The notes beneath the pieces were generated by a model. It was not told the origin of the DNA, ran no database searches, and saw nothing but the letters and a program-made list of their open reading frames with translations. Position numbers and translations under genes: made by a program. This document shows, piece by piece, positions 12,513 to 24,190 of a stretch of 64,000 nt of DNA. Within the stretch, counting starts at the first letter, position 1. Each line of letters opens with the position of its first letter. The stretch is from Methanobacteriota archaeon (lineage in GTDB: Archaea; Methanobacteriota; Methanobacteria; Methanobacteriales; Methanobacteriaceae), in contig CAWBCJ010000026.1 in the NCBI GenBank assembly GCA_963787255.1, forward strand, positions 68,514-132,513. Direction: 5' to 3'.

Positions 12513-13011
12513 AGCGTTATTTACTGTGATTTTTGCAATTACTATTACTGTTGTAGTGTCATTATTCATTGTCATTATTTCCAATAATCATTTATTGACT
12601 TTTAATTCAGTTTTATCAGGAGTTATGTTAACAGTAGGGACTTTATTGATAATTTTAGGATTAGGATTAATAATTTATACCAATAAATCATTTTTGAAAA
12701 TAGGCAAAGGCACATTGGTACCTTTGGACCCCCCAAAGAACCTTATTGTTACTGGTGTGTATAGATATGTTAGAAATCCAATGATTATCGGTGCTTTAAC
12801 ACTCATTTTTGGTGAAGCTTTGATATTTGCTTCTATTGGATTATTCGTATTGTTTCTCATGATTTTTACTGTGAATCATATCTATTTTGTTTATTCAGAA
12901 GAACCGGGCTTAACAAAAAGGTTTGGCAAAGATTACATTGAGTATAAAAATAATGTTCCAAGATGGATACCTCGCTTAACCCCATGGGAAAAGGATAATA
13001 ACACGGAATAG
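12496..13011 (+). CDS. isoprenylcysteine carboxylmethyltransferase/PEMT family membrane protein
   Basis: LIVTGVYRYVRNPM, EEPGLTKRFGKDYIEYKNNVPRW. Confidence 0.88.
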   Translation: MRLFIKALFTVIFAITITVVVSLFIVIISNNHLLTFNSVLSGVMLTVGTLLIILGLGLIIYTNKSFLKIGKGTLVPLDPPKNLIVTGVYRYVRNPMIIGALTLIFGEALIFASIGLFVLFLMIFTVNHIYFVYSEEPGLTKRFGKDYIEYKNNVPRWIPRLTPWEKDNNTE

Positions 13012-13082
13012 GACTTGCAATTGCCCGAAAAATAGTCCATCAACAAGGCGGACAAATATGGGCCGAATCAAAACCAGGATAA
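13005..13082 (+). pseudogene. histidine kinase HATPase C-terminal fragment
   Basis: GIGLAIARKIVHQQGGQIWAESKPG*, overlapping the PEMT stop. Confidence 0.8.
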
Positions 13083-13129
13083 TAAACTTCTTAATATTTT
13101 TAAATCGGGGGTTGAGACCATTAATTGAT

Positions 13130-13415
13130 ATGAATTGATTATAACATGGGTTACAACAGCGTTTTCAGTAGTAGGTTCGATAATATATATGGTGGCATAT
13201 TAGCAACAATCAAAACGTTAGTACCAGAAATAAGAAGAAAACACTTTTATTATGCAGAAATTCGATTCACATCAAAAATTACCCTGTGACTAGAATTTTT
13301 CATAGCAGGAGACCTCATAAAAACCATCACCGAACCAACATTCTCTCAAATCACCACACTAGCCGTAATCGTCTGTATACGAAAGTAATCGGATACTTCA
13401 TGGACAAAGAATAAT
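13130..13415 (+). pseudogene. DUF1622-like membrane protein remnant
   Basis: IYGGILATIKTLVPEIRRKHF...LEFFIAGDLIKTITEPT...YFMDKE* with internal stop and frameshifts. Confidence 0.7.
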
Positions 13416-13598
13416 AAGAACCCAAAAAACAAATTCAAAAATAGGTTATTATTAATTCTTCGAAAATTGTAATTCATCAAAAATCTAGAATAGTACTATA
13501 GATGTGATTTATTTTGACCACGCTTTAAACCAGGATATGAACTAACTTAATGACAAATCCATGAATCTGTTGATCAAAGAATAAAAGGAGGAAAAAAA

Positions 13599-13955
13599 AT
13601 GATTACAAAAATGAGTGAAAGTAAAGGAAATGTATTAGGCTTCAAACTAATAGGTGACGTTACTAAAGAAGATTACAAAATATTAGTGCTTGAAGTGCAA
13701 GCACTGGTAGACAAAGAAGGATCAATTTCCCTACTTAGCGATATGACACAATTCAAATGGGTAGATATAGATGCATGGGGGGCCGATTTTAACTTTAGCC
13801 GTACATACCGCAAGAAGATAAATAAAATGGCCATCATTGGGGATAAAACTTGGGAAAAGTGGCTAACAAATCTTGTAGAACTTTTTTTATCCATAGAAAC
13901 CAAGTTTTTCGACCCGATTGATATAGAAGCTGCATGGAAATGGTTAAAAGAATAA
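13599..13955 (+). CDS. STAS/SEC14 (SpoIIAA-like) domain protein
   Basis: NVLGFKLIGDVTKEDY, KMAIIGDKTWEKW, AAWKWL; AGGAGG RBS. Confidence 0.85.
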   Translation: MITKMSESKGNVLGFKLIGDVTKEDYKILVLEVQALVDKEGSISLLSDMTQFKWVDIDAWGADFNFSRTYRKKINKMAIIGDKTWEKWLTNLVELFLSIETKFFDPIDIEAAWKWLKE

Positions 13956-13961
13956 AACCTC

Positions 13962-13994
13962 GCAAACAGACAACCCTGGAGATACTTCTGCTAG
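13962..13994 (+). pseudogene. nitroreductase-like micro-fragment
   Basis: ANRQPWRYF matches the NxQPWxF motif; only about 10 codons. Confidence 0.4.
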
Positions 13995-14071
13995 AGACGG
14001 AGAATCAAAATAGAAGCATCATATATTTCTTTTATTTTTAACAATTTTTTTGATACCTATGGATAAAGATT

Positions 14072-14233
14072 GATTTATGGTGGAGAATAGTAACACCAGA
14101 AATAAGGCGAAGGCACTTCTGGGAGGCTATAGAAGAGGCTCAAAGGAATTTTCTACTGGCAAGTCTGCGAGGGGAAACATTTACCATATCTGGTAAGGGT
14201 CAGGCACGTGTTATTAGTCGTAGATGGAAGTAA
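14072..14233 (+). pseudogene. DUF1622 N-terminal fragment fused to family X (copy 3)
   Basis: IYGG..PEIRRRHF then in frame WEAIEEAQRNFLLASLRGETFTISGKGQARVISRRWK*. Confidence 0.6.
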
Positions 14234-14438
14234 AATAAGCAAAAGTAGTGCAATTAGTAGCAGATAATTGAAGCTTCCTGCAATATACTTAAATCTAGTA
14301 TGAAAAAATGATTTTACTGGCTGTTTGATAGTTACCACTACACATATAAACCTTGATTACTTTAAATCGCACTGAAATTATTCAAATGAATTAAAGAATA
14401 AAATATTATTTTTTATAATTTAGTAAGATGTTCTATTA

Positions 14439-14520
14439 AAGATCTGGTGGAGTCTTAGTTTGGTAATGGTTCGAATTTTTATTTCACTATTCCCATTGAA
14501 GATACAGTTGAAGAGTATGA
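14439..14520 (+). pseudogene. histidine kinase extreme C-terminal fragment
   Basis: KIW/VES*FGNGSNFYFTIPI. Confidence 0.75.
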
Positions 14521-14821
14521 GTGCAGTTCCTAAAATCAGATATTTTTTATTGATTTTTTTGTTATAACGGTGTTATTTGTGAGTTAAATTTATATACTCC
14601 TTTCAAAACTGTGATATTAATATAATGTATGTTACTAAATTGTAGAATATTTTAATAAAATAGATAAAACTAAATTAATACTTTCTAGTTAATAATATAT
14701 TACATTATAAGTAAAAATCACCCTAGAGATTAAGAATTTGTCTTATAACTATTTAACATAGGATTAATGAACTTTAAAAAAAATGTTCAAAATCAAAAAA
14801 AATAATGAAATGAAAAATTTT

Positions 14822-15667
14822 TTAACGAACTTTTAAGTTGGACTGGAAAGATCTGGCCATTATTGGATTTGCAGCCATTTCCGGCAATCCTAAATCATTT
14901 AAAACCAACTTACAAAATTCTAATGGATCTAAACCTGAATTATACTTGGCTATTTTATCAACTGACACCTGAATTTGTTTTAGGTAGTCTAAACCTTCAT
15001 CCATAACTTGATATGCACTTTCACCTTCTCTTGGTTCATCCCATGAAGCTAATAATACCTTAATTCCTTCAATTTCCTTTAATTTTTTAATAGATTGGAT
15101 AGATTCTGTTGCATCATCATAAATAGGCAAATCTCCCCTAATTGGAACAGCATCTCCTGTAAATAAAACTCCCTCTCCCGGAATAAGGAGAGATATGGAA
15201 CCATTAGAATGTCCGGGTGTATGAATAATTTTTAAGTTTAGTTCTTCGCCTAAATTCACTATGTCCATATCTTCAAGTATAATATCAACTTCAACGGATC
15301 CTTCCACAAGAGAATGGAAATTGGGCACAGGACGTTCTTTTGCCTGTAAATCTATATCTTCTATCCATGATCTTTCACCGGGATGTGCTGCTATTTTACA
15401 ACCTGATTTTTCCTTTATAGATTTTGCTGATCCGATATGGTCAGGATGGGAATGTGTTAAAATCAATAATGAAATATCATCGGGTTTTAATCCAATATTA
15501 TCTAAATAATCAAAGATCACAGACTCTGAAGATACAACTCCGCTGTCAATTAAGCATACTTCGTCTCCTAGTATCAAATAGGAATATACGAATCTTTCAA
15601 GTATTCCTGAATCTGTTTTTACCTGAAAAGGAATCTTTATTGCATGAACATGTTTAGTAATTTGCAT
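14822..15667 (-). CDS. MBL-fold metallo-hydrolase
   Basis: THSHPDHIG, TPGHS, LFTGDA. Confidence 0.9.
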   Translation of the reverse strand: MQITKHVHAIKIPFQVKTDSGILERFVYSYLILGDEVCLIDSGVVSSESVIFDYLDNIGLKPDDISLLILTHSHPDHIGSAKSIKEKSGCKIAAHPGERSWIEDIDLQAKERPVPNFHSLVEGSVEVDIILEDMDIVNLGEELNLKIIHTPGHSNGSISLLIPGEGVLFTGDAVPIRGDLPIYDDATESIQSIKKLKEIEGIKVLLASWDEPREGESAYQVMDEGLDYLKQIQVSVDKIAKYNSGLDPLEFCKLVLNDLGLPEMAANPIMARSFQSNLKVR

Positions 15668-15721
15668 TTTCTTTTACTCCAGTGTTTTTATTGTGAAATT
15701 TATATTCAGTTAAAAATTATC

Positions 15722-16280
15722 TTATTTATTTAGTATAATGCATTGGATCCATTCATCTGTAGACATAACTTTGCTAAATCTCATCGCTTGGGTAATTAAA
15801 ATCGCATTATGAAGTTCCTCAGCACTTATTTCTCCAGCAGAATTTGATATATCAAGTGTTCCAGTTGCATCGCTTAGAAATTCCACATTAAAACCTAGAT
15901 GCATTGCCTGTCTTGCAGTTGTATCACAGCACATCTGAGTCATATATCCACAAATAACAACTGTTTCTATACTATTTTCTTTAAGCCATAACTCTAAATC
16001 TGTTCCTGTGAAACTTCCAGGCAAATTTTTCTCAATGATTTTGTCATAATCCTTTTTTAAAATTTCTTTGTGGATTTCATGTTCATCAGTGCCTTTTTTA
16101 AAAGTAACTGCATCTTCTCCAGGGTTTGTATGTTGAATAAGAAGCACTGGAATATTATTTTTATTTGCAGAATCTATAGCTTTTATAATATTCTCAAAAC
16201 TGTTTTCTGGATAAGTTAACGGGTAATTTTCCAGTGAAATATTCGTTTTGCACGTCAATTACAAGTAATGCTCTTTTCAT
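15722..16280 (-). CDS. isochorismatase/cysteine hydrolase family protein (frameshift ~16218)
   Basis: MKRALLVIDVQNEYF in upstream frame; GYMTQMCCDTTARQA. Confidence 0.9.
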
Positions 16281-16427
16281 GATATATTCCCTCAAAATTG
16301 ATCTTAAATTTATATAATTTCTATTGTTTTATTATTTAAATCAGATTATTCTATTTTAATTCATAAATAAATTGAAAATTTTTTTATTACAGAACAAGAA
16401 ATACTTTAAATCATAAAAAAATTAATT

Positions 16428-17072
16428 TTGAAGGTGAATCAATTGAAAGTAACTGATGACGTATATGCCATAGATTCAACAAAAGGAAATTATGCATATC
16501 TAATTTCGGGCGATGAAATAATTTTAGTTGATACGGGACGTCCAGGGCAAGGAAAAGGTATTTTAAATGACTTAAAATCTATGAATATAAATCTTCAAGA
16601 TATTAAACAGATTCTAATCACACATCATGATATTGATCATATAGGAAACCTTGCCTTACTTGAAAAGGAAACCAGGGCAAGTATATGGGCTTCAAAGGAA
16701 GATATGCCCTATATTTGGGGGCAAAAAAGCCGTCATGGTATTAAAAAGTATCTTTCGTTTATTATGAGGGCAAAAAAGCCGAAAAATATACAGCCTTACC
16801 CTAAAGAAATGAGAATTGGAGATATTGAAATTATACCAACTCCAGGACATACACCAGGACACGTTTGTCTACTTTATAAGGATGTTTTATTTGCAGGGGA
16901 TTTGTTTAGAAGTTCCAAAGGGCAGTTAAAACCAATGATGTCATTAATGAACTGGAATGAATCTATTTTAAAAGATTCTATTAAAAAAATAAGTGATTAT
17001 GATTTTAAATGGATATGTCCTGCTCATGGTGAACCCCTTAAACGAGATGGTCAATTGGAACAATTATTTTAG
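16428..17072 (+). CDS. MBL-fold metallo-hydrolase
   Basis: THHDIDHIG, TPGHTPGH, PAHG. Confidence 0.9.
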   Translation: MKVNQLKVTDDVYAIDSTKGNYAYLISGDEIILVDTGRPGQGKGILNDLKSMNINLQDIKQILITHHDIDHIGNLALLEKETRASIWASKEDMPYIWGQKSRHGIKKYLSFIMRAKKPKNIQPYPKEMRIGDIEIIPTPGHTPGHVCLLYKDVLFAGDLFRSSKGQLKPMMSLMNWNESILKDSIKKISDYDFKWICPAHGEPLKRDGQLEQLF

Positions 17073-17118
17073 ATATATTATCCATTTTTTGACAATGAAA
17101 AAAAGAGGAAGGATTTAA

Positions 17119-17761
17119 ATGAAAATCCTGGATCAGAAAAAATATTGGGACAAAGTAGCCGAAGAAAAGAAATTTCCAACACCTTTTCAAACTCGAGGAA
17201 TTTGAAAAACATGTTTTAAAGGAAATGAACATCCTTGATGTGGGCTGCGGCTACGGAAGAACTCTAAATGAACTCCATAATCTGGGATTTAAGAATTTAA
17301 CAGGCATTGATTATTCTAAAGGTATGATAAACAGAGGATTAAGGTTATATCCTTATTTAAATCTTATAAAAAATGATGGGGATACAATACCATTTCCAGA
17401 TAATGAATTTGATGCAGTACTCCTTATCGCCGTATTAACATCCAATTATAAAGATAAAGAACAGGAAAGCTTAATATCAGAGATTTCAAGGGTTTTAAAG
17501 GATAAAGGAATTTTATATGTTAATGATTACCTCATAAATCAAGATAAAAGAAATCTGGAACGTTACAAAAAATATGAAGATAAATACGGAATATATGGTG
17601 TTTTTGAACTTCCTGAAGGTGCAGTTTTTAGACATCACACCAAAGAACATATTTTGGAATTAACTGCAAATTTTAAGCAATTAATATTTGGAAATAAAGT
17701 TTATGACACAATGAATGGGAATAAATCTAATGGATTTTATTATATCGGCCAAAAGAAATGA
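17119..17761 (+). CDS. class I SAM-dependent methyltransferase (frameshift ~17190)
   Basis: ILDVGCGYGR; upstream frame MKILDQKKYWDKVA. Confidence 0.88.
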
Positions 17762-17811
17762 AAAAGTCGTACTATACAAGTCATAAAAATAATCCCATAA
17801 AAACTTTTTAT

Positions 17812-18375
17812 TTATTTTTTAATCCAATCTCTTTTTAGCAAGGAATAAATATTTTCATCCCAATATCTGTTATGCCAGTATCCATATTCTCTAAGCATCC
17901 CTTCTTTTTTAAAACCAAGCTTTTTAAGTAAATTAATTGATGAAAAAGCTTCCGGAACTGTGAATGCTTCGACACGGTTTAAGTTCATAGTTTTAAATCC
18001 ATATCTAATGATTTCTTTAAGTGCTTCAGTAGCGTATCCATTTCCCCAGTATTCCTGGCCTAATTCGTATCCTATTTCTCCCCTGGAGCTTTTTCTTACG
18101 TGACTGTTGTAACCACAGGTTCCAATAACTTCATCGGTTTTTTTAATTACAATAGCCCATCTAATACCTTCTTTTCTTCTATACAGACTGTTTAATATCC
18201 TTATTAGGTTCATGGATTGTTCAAGGTTCTTAAAAGTGTTTACATTCAAGTATTTAGTTACTTCAGGATCTGACCAGTACTTAAACAATGTTTCAGCGTC
18301 TTTTACTGATAATTTCCTTAAAAAAAGCCTTTCAGTATAAATTTCTGGAAAAAAATCATTTTCAGATCTCTTCAT
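17812..18375 (-). CDS. GNAT acetyltransferase, RimJ/RimL type
   Basis: TERLFLR, EIGYELGQEYWGNGYATEA, GFKKEG. Confidence 0.9.
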   Translation of the reverse strand: MKRSENDFFPEIYTERLFLRKLSVKDAETLFKYWSDPEVTKYLNVNTFKNLEQSMNLIRILNSLYRRKEGIRWAIVIKKTDEVIGTCGYNSHVRKSSRGEIGYELGQEYWGNGYATEALKEIIRYGFKTMNLNRVEAFTVPEAFSSINLLKKLGFKKEGMLREYGYWHNRYWDENIYSLLKRDWIKK

Positions 18376-18396
18376 TTTAAACTCCTACATAGTATA

Positions 18397-19028
18397 TTAT
18401 TTAAGGATTTCTTTCACAATTTTTGTAATTTCAAACCCCAATTTGAGGTGTTCATCAATATCAAGATGTATTCCGTCAATATTGCTTGCATTAACAATCT
18501 CTGCAGCATCTAAAAATTCAATGTCATATTCTTCAGCCACTTCCATATAATACTGGTTTAATTTCAATGACTTTAATTTCCCATGTTCAAATTCATCTTT
18601 AAAATTAGATAACTGCTTTATATGCGGTGGCGAAACCAGTAATATTTTTGGGGGATTATTATGTGTACCGGATTCACTTTTAAGGATGATATTTATTAGA
18701 ACACGGATTCCATCTGCTATTTCTGATGGAGAAAGTGAAAAACATGTTTTAAGGTCGTTACTACCTAAAAATAGAATTACAAGGTCAATGGGCCTGTGGG
18801 ATGAAAGACATGGAAGGAGATATTTCATTCCATTTTTTTATAACCGCCATGTAAAGGATCATCCCAAACCGTTGTCCTACCATTTAAGCCCTCTTCAATT
18901 ATTTGATAATCACTGCCCATTTCATTCCTTAAAACTCCAGACCACCTTTTATTAATGCCTATACGTTCTCCAGTTTCAGGATGGTAGCCCCAGGTAAGTG
19001 AATCTCCATAACAAAGAACAGTTTTCAT
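18397..19028 (-). CDS. SGNH/GDSL hydrolase (frameshift ~18835)
   Basis: YGDSLTWG, EEGLNGRTT, LGSND, DGIH. Confidence 0.9.
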
Positions 19029-19057
19029 AATAATGCCTCTAAACCCATTTTATTTAA

Positions 19058-19952
19058 TTATTTTATATTTAAAAGTTTCTTTATATATCCCCCTGCACTT
19101 TCAACTGCTTTATGGCCCTCGGGAATATTTGAAGAAAACATCTGAAAGCAGTGAAACATGTCTTTCCACAGTTCAAAACTAACCTCAACATCAGATGCAC
19201 GTGCTTTTTTATGAAATTCGATTATGTCATCTAAAAGCAGCTCATGGCCTCCAACTTGGATCAAAAGTGGTGGTAAACCATGTAGATCACCGTAGATAGG
19301 GGATGCTAAAGGATTTTTTGCATTTTCTCCTTTTAAATAAATCTTTCTCAAAGTATTGAGTCTTTCAGAGTTTATCCAGTCTTTTCCTTTATTTGTAACA
19401 ATAGAATGGCCCTGGGAAGAGTAGATCCACAAGGGGTGACATGCATACTGCTCCTGCAGGAAGTTCAACTCCTTTTTCTTTTAAATGTAAAAGTACAGAT
19501 AAAGCAAGGGTTCCCCCAGAAGATATGCCTGCTAAAACGATATTTGATGGTTTAATGCCCTGTTTTAAAAGCCATAAATATGAAATGAGGCAGTCTTCTA
19601 AAGCTGCTGGAAATTTGTTTTCAGGAGCAAGCCTATAATCAACACTTAAAACACAACAACCAGATGATGCTGATAATTTCCCGCATAAATCTAGATGGTC
19701 CTTAGTAGAGCCTATTGTGAAACATCCTCCGTGAAAAAAGAGTATCACACTTTTATTACTTGCTCCTTCAGCATAAATTTTAAAAGTATCAATATCTTCT
19801 ATTTCTTGCTTTTCAACATGTAGCTTCTGATTTTGGCTGAATTTCAAGTTTAATTGTTCAAAATCTTTTCTAAGCTGGAAAATATTACTTGTACGTAATG
19901 AAATATTTTTATTGATTAGATCAAGCACTTCACTAGCTTCAAAACTATCCAT
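19058..19952 (-). CDS. alpha/beta hydrolase, HSL-like esterase (frameshift ~19405)
   Basis: FHGG, DYRLAPE, GISSGG, ASPIYGDLHGLPP, MFHCF. Confidence 0.88.
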
Positions 19953-20072
19953 AACATCCCTTTTTATTTTTTTTACATTTTTATTTATTCTATTTATTTA
20001 AAATCGATTATAAATAATTTTAAGTTTAAGGAGAGTACTTTTCAAGTGCTGTCATTACTTTTTTATTAAAGT

Positions 20073-21260
20073 ATGTTGATATATAAGAACATGATTAAAG
20101 GCAAAAGGGCTTACCTGAAAAAGCTCACTTCTAACCTCAACGTTAAATCTGTGGATGTTGGAAGGGAGCTTGAAGGCAGCACGCCTCCTTCTGTTTTTAT
20201 TGGAAGCTGGAATTACCCTAAAGTGTATGCCGGTCCAATGATAGCACCACTTCAAGGAGATACTGCTATTATGGATATGCCCGAATCATGGATTCCTGAA
20301 CAGAAGACCCAAGAAGATATTATAGGTTACAGATTAAGCTTGGTGAGAGGAAAGCAAACTGTAGGCATACAGGATCTTGATAATAGTTTTGTGGAGAAGC
20401 TTCAGGAGATATCTCTTTCATTTAAATCCATTGAAAGTGAAGCCAGTTTTGGAAGCCGTCCACGTGGACTTTCTTTTACTGATGAGACCGCTCCTCATGG
20501 TCCCAGTGCATTAATCGAAAAATTCGACATAGAAAGCGTTAAATGGGACAAGCAACTGGAGAAAGTTTATTATGACACTGATTTTAAGGCCTCAGAAGCT
20601 ACTTTAGACCTTCACAGCAAGGGATTACCATTTTCAAATATACAAAAAGCCTTTTCTGTCGGAACAATGGGAATTGGCAAAAATAGAAGATTAGTTCCAA
20701 CTAGATGGTCTATAACTGCCTGTGACACCATAATTGGTGATAATTTACTTAAAGAAGTCAGAAATTATGATATACTGGATACTTATCGTGTTTATGAATT
20801 TAGCAGTCTCAATAATTATTATGCAGTCCTTCTTCTTCCAATGGAATGGCAGTATGAATGGATTGAAGCATTTTTACATGTTTTAGGTCGTGAAGAATTA
20901 ATTTTTGCTGATCATGAGCTTAATGGTGGTAAAAAAGAATATTCATGTGTGGGTGGATGTTATTACACTTGTAAAATGGCAGTTCTTGAAGCATTGGCAC
21001 GTGAAAAGAAGCAGGCAGGTGCAATTGTTTTAAGAGAAGCATACAATGGATACGTGCCTCTTGGAGTTTTTAACGTCCGCGAAAATGTTAGAAGTGCAAT
21101 GAATGAAATTCCAAGGGAATTTGAAGATATGAATACAGCTTTAGCTTATATTGAAACAAAATTAAAGCTACCCATGGATAAATTTAAAGAAACAAGCACT
21201 CTTCTTCAGGATTTAGTGCGATCAAGACAGATGACCCTTGACAGTTTTATAAGATTTTAA
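20073..21260 (+). CDS. Nre family archaeal DNA repair protein
   Basis: [33 protein letters not shown]-terminal PIP box QMTLDSF. Confidence 0.88.
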   Translation: MLIYKNMIKGKRAYLKKLTSNLNVKSVDVGRELEGSTPPSVFIGSWNYPKVYAGPMIAPLQGDTAIMDMPESWIPEQKTQEDIIGYRLSLVRGKQTVGIQDLDNSFVEKLQEISLSFKSIESEASFGSRPRGLSFTDETAPHGPSALIEKFDIESVKWDKQLEKVYYDTDFKASEATLDLHSKGLPFSNIQKAFSVGTMGIGKNRRLVPTRWSITACDTIIGDNLLKEVRNYDILDTYRVYEFSSLNNYYAVLLLPMEWQYEWIEAFLHVLGREELIFADHELNGGKKEYSCVGGCYYTCKMAVLEALAREKKQAGAIVLREAYNGYVPLGVFNVRENVRSAMNEIPREFEDMNTALAYIETKLKLPMDKFKETSTLLQDLVRSRQMTLDSFIRF

Positions 21261-21756
21261 AACTTACTCCTTTTTTTATAATTCCTTTGATAAAGTTTAA
21301 ACGAGGCACTCTTTTCATGTAATCTTTATAAACCTGGCCGAACTTTTCTAAATCACTCTTTTCTTCTTCTATTATAACGTAATAGAGCAATACGATTCGT
21401 GTAATTCCTATAATAATGTTCAACCAGTATTGGGAGATGAAAATGAGTGCAATAGCTGTTAAAATGAAAGCTAAGTACATTGGATGCCGGATAATCGAAT
21501 AAACTCCACTATCAATTATATTTGTTGTATCCAGCCAGTTTTTTCCTTCTGCACTTTTACCTATGGCCTTGAAATCTTTTTGAGACTTATACAACACGAT
21601 TATGCCTACTGTAAGTATTATCCATCCGATGTAGGCTAATAAATCAATTCCTGCCCAGTTATAGAAAAATATGCATAGAATAATTTGTGCAATAAACAAA
21701 AGGGTTATTAAATAAGAGATAATCATAAATTTCTGGTTAGTTGTCTGATTTGGCAT
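21247..21756 (-). CDS. isoprenylcysteine carboxylmethyltransferase/PEMT family membrane protein
   Basis: [31 protein letters not shown]. Confidence 0.85.
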   Translation of the reverse strand: MPNQTTNQKFMIISYLITLLFIAQIILCIFFYNWAGIDLLAYIGWIILTVGIIVLYKSQKDFKAIGKSAEGKNWLDTTNIIDSGVYSIIRHPMYLAFILTAIALIFISQYWLNIIIGITRIVLLYYVIIEEEKSDLEKFGQVYKDYMKRVPRLNFIKGIIKKGVSFKIL

Positions 21757-22022
21757 GTTTTAAAGTGTGTTTATTTTAATTGCTATATAAAATAATATTA
21801 TATTTTATATTGCAGTGAAATTTTCTCTTTTTAAAAGGGTTATATTTAACTAAAACTGTTGTAATGTGTGTAATTTTGATTTTCTTAACAGGTTAAAAAT
21901 AGTAGCATTTTTAAGTCGTTATAGGTATGAATAACGAAAATAAGATTCAATATATTTTCCATTTGTCATCTTAGGATCCTTTTTAATAGTTATTACTTAT
22001 TTTATATCAATCATAACATTTA

Positions 22023-22105
22023 TTGGGTAATTTTTATTTTTGCAATTTGGGAATGATTTGGGTAAATCTGGGATTGATTTGTATATAATTTACACCAGAT
22101 TTGGA
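22023..22105 (+). promoter_or_regulatory. phased TTTGGG-like direct repeats upstream of ABC operon
   Basis: TTGGG 22023, TTTGGG 22046, TTTGGG 22057, TCTGGG 22067, TTTGGA 22100 in AT-rich DNA. Confidence 0.4.
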
Positions 22106-22193
22106 AGGAATTTTGAAATAGTTATTTATATACTCCTTTTTTATACAATAGGGCATGCATTGTAAAAGAAATTATTAAATAGGAGTTTTAAAA

Positions 22194-23364
22194 ATGAATT
22201 ATCTCGAATTAATTTTAAAAAATCCGTTTAGAAATAAAACGAGAACTTCTCTTGCAATCATTGGGATTGCAATTGGAATTGCTACCATTGTAGCTTTAGG
22301 TATGGTCACAAGTGGTCTTCAATCATCCACGCAAAGTACTCTTAAAGCTGGAGCGGCTGAAATTACAGTAATGCAGGCCGGTTCAAACGGTTATGGATCC
22401 TCAGGCAGTATTAATGATACATGGGTTGCGGATATTAAAAATATAAGTGGCGTTAAAGATGCTGCAGGATCTTTAAATGCAAATGTCAATTTAAATGGCA
22501 GTTCAAGTACAGCTTCAAGTTCGGGTCCAGGCGCTGGTCAAGGATTTGACCAAGGTGGTTTTTCTATTACAGGTATTGAAAGTAGCAAATTAAGTCTTGA
22601 AGGTATAGATAGTGTCAATGGAACAACCTTCAATGATGGTGCAAACGAAATTATAATAGGTAAAACAGCTGCAGAAAGCCAAAACAAAACAGTAGGAGAC
22701 ACAATCACCCTATACAATCAGACTTTTAAAATTACAGGAATATTTGAAACAGGGAATATGATGACAGATAGAGGATGCTTACATGTCCCTAAATAAACTT
22801 CAGAACTTAACATCTAATGCTAACAAAATTAGCAATATAAAAGTTAAAGTTGCTGACAATGCCAATGTCACAACAGTGAGTCAGGCAATTAAAGATACTT
22901 ATCCCAATGATTTATCCACAACAACAGCTACAGAGCAAGCTAGCAGAATGAACAGCGCACTAAGTGTTATTGATTCAGCATCATGGGCAATTTCTCTCCT
23001 TGCAATATTTATCGGTGGAGTTGGAGTCATAAACACCATGATAATGTCAGTATATGAAAGAACCCGCGAAATTGGAGTCTTAAAAGCGGTAGGCTGGAAA
23101 AGTAGTAGAATATTAGGAATGATATTAGGAGAATCAATTGTACTAACCCTTTTAGCAGCAGTAGTAGGAACAATCGTAGGTATTGTGGCAGTTGAAGGTG
23201 GTCTAATGCTTTTAGGTGGTGGAGATATTCTAAAACCTGTATTCTCAATTGAATTATTCGCAAGGGCCTTTGGAATAGCTATTCTTGTAGGTGTTATTGG
23301 AGGAATTTATCCAGCATATAGAGCAAGCAGATTAGCACCAACGGAGGCTTTACGCTATGAATAA
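22194..23364 (+). CDS. ABC transporter permease, MacB/FtsX family (frameshift ~22775)
   Basis: RNKTRTSLAIIGIAIG; SVYERTREIGVLKAVGW; PAYRASRLAPTEALRYE. Confidence 0.92.
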
Positions 23365-24052
23365 CAGTGAAAACATTATTAAAATAAAAGATCTTAAGAA
23401 AACATACGATAATGGTACTATAAAAGCTTTAAACGGTATTGATCTTGAGATTAAGAAGGGGGAGTTTGTTTCTATTATTGGACCATCGGGCTCAGGAAAA
23501 TCAACACTCCTCAACATGATTGGTGCACTTGATAAAGGGGATGAAGGTTCAATAAATGTTGCAGGCATTGATCTAATGCATAAAAAAGATTTAAGTGGAT
23601 TTAGATCGAGTGAAATTGGATTTGTCTTTCAACTACATAACCTAATTCCAAATCTTACTGTTCTTGAAAATGTGCAGATACCAATGCTCGAAACACCACT
23701 TTCAAGCAAAAAAATGGAAGAACGCGCAATAGAACTTTTAAGATCAGTAGAACTTGAAGACAAAATAAATCAGAAACCAACTAAACTTTCTGGAGGGCAA
23801 AGGCAAAGGGTAGCTATAGCAAGGGCTTTAGTTAATCATCCATCCGTTATTCTGGCTGATGAACCAACAGGAGCATTAGATTCTAAGACAGGAGATTTAA
23901 TCTTGAATCTTCTTAAAGATATTCATAAAAAGGAGAATGTAACTCTTGTTATGGTTACACATGAACCATATGTAGCCAATATGGCTGATAGGATTATAAC
24001 AGTGCTTGATGGAAAAATAGAAGAGGATAAAGCAAATAATATTATGGGTTGA
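23357..24052 (+). CDS. ABC transporter ATP-binding protein (LolD/MacB-like)
   Basis: GPSGSGKS, LSGGQRQR, ADEPTG. Confidence 0.95.
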   Translation: MNNSENIIKIKDLKKTYDNGTIKALNGIDLEIKKGEFVSIIGPSGSGKSTLLNMIGALDKGDEGSINVAGIDLMHKKDLSGFRSSEIGFVFQLHNLIPNLTVLENVQIPMLETPLSSKKMEERAIELLRSVELEDKINQKPTKLSGGQRQRVAIARALVNHPSVILADEPTGALDSKTGDLILNLLKDIHKKENVTLVMVTHEPYVANMADRIITVLDGKIEEDKANNIMG

Positions 24053-24190
24053 TGATTTTAAGGTTCGGGTGGGAAGAGCCTCCATTAATTTTTACCTCTT
24101 TTTTTAGGCGGGAAAACCTTCAAATCATTAAATAATAAAAAAAATATTCTCTTTTCAATTTTTAGAAATTATAATAAATAAAGGTCTAAA

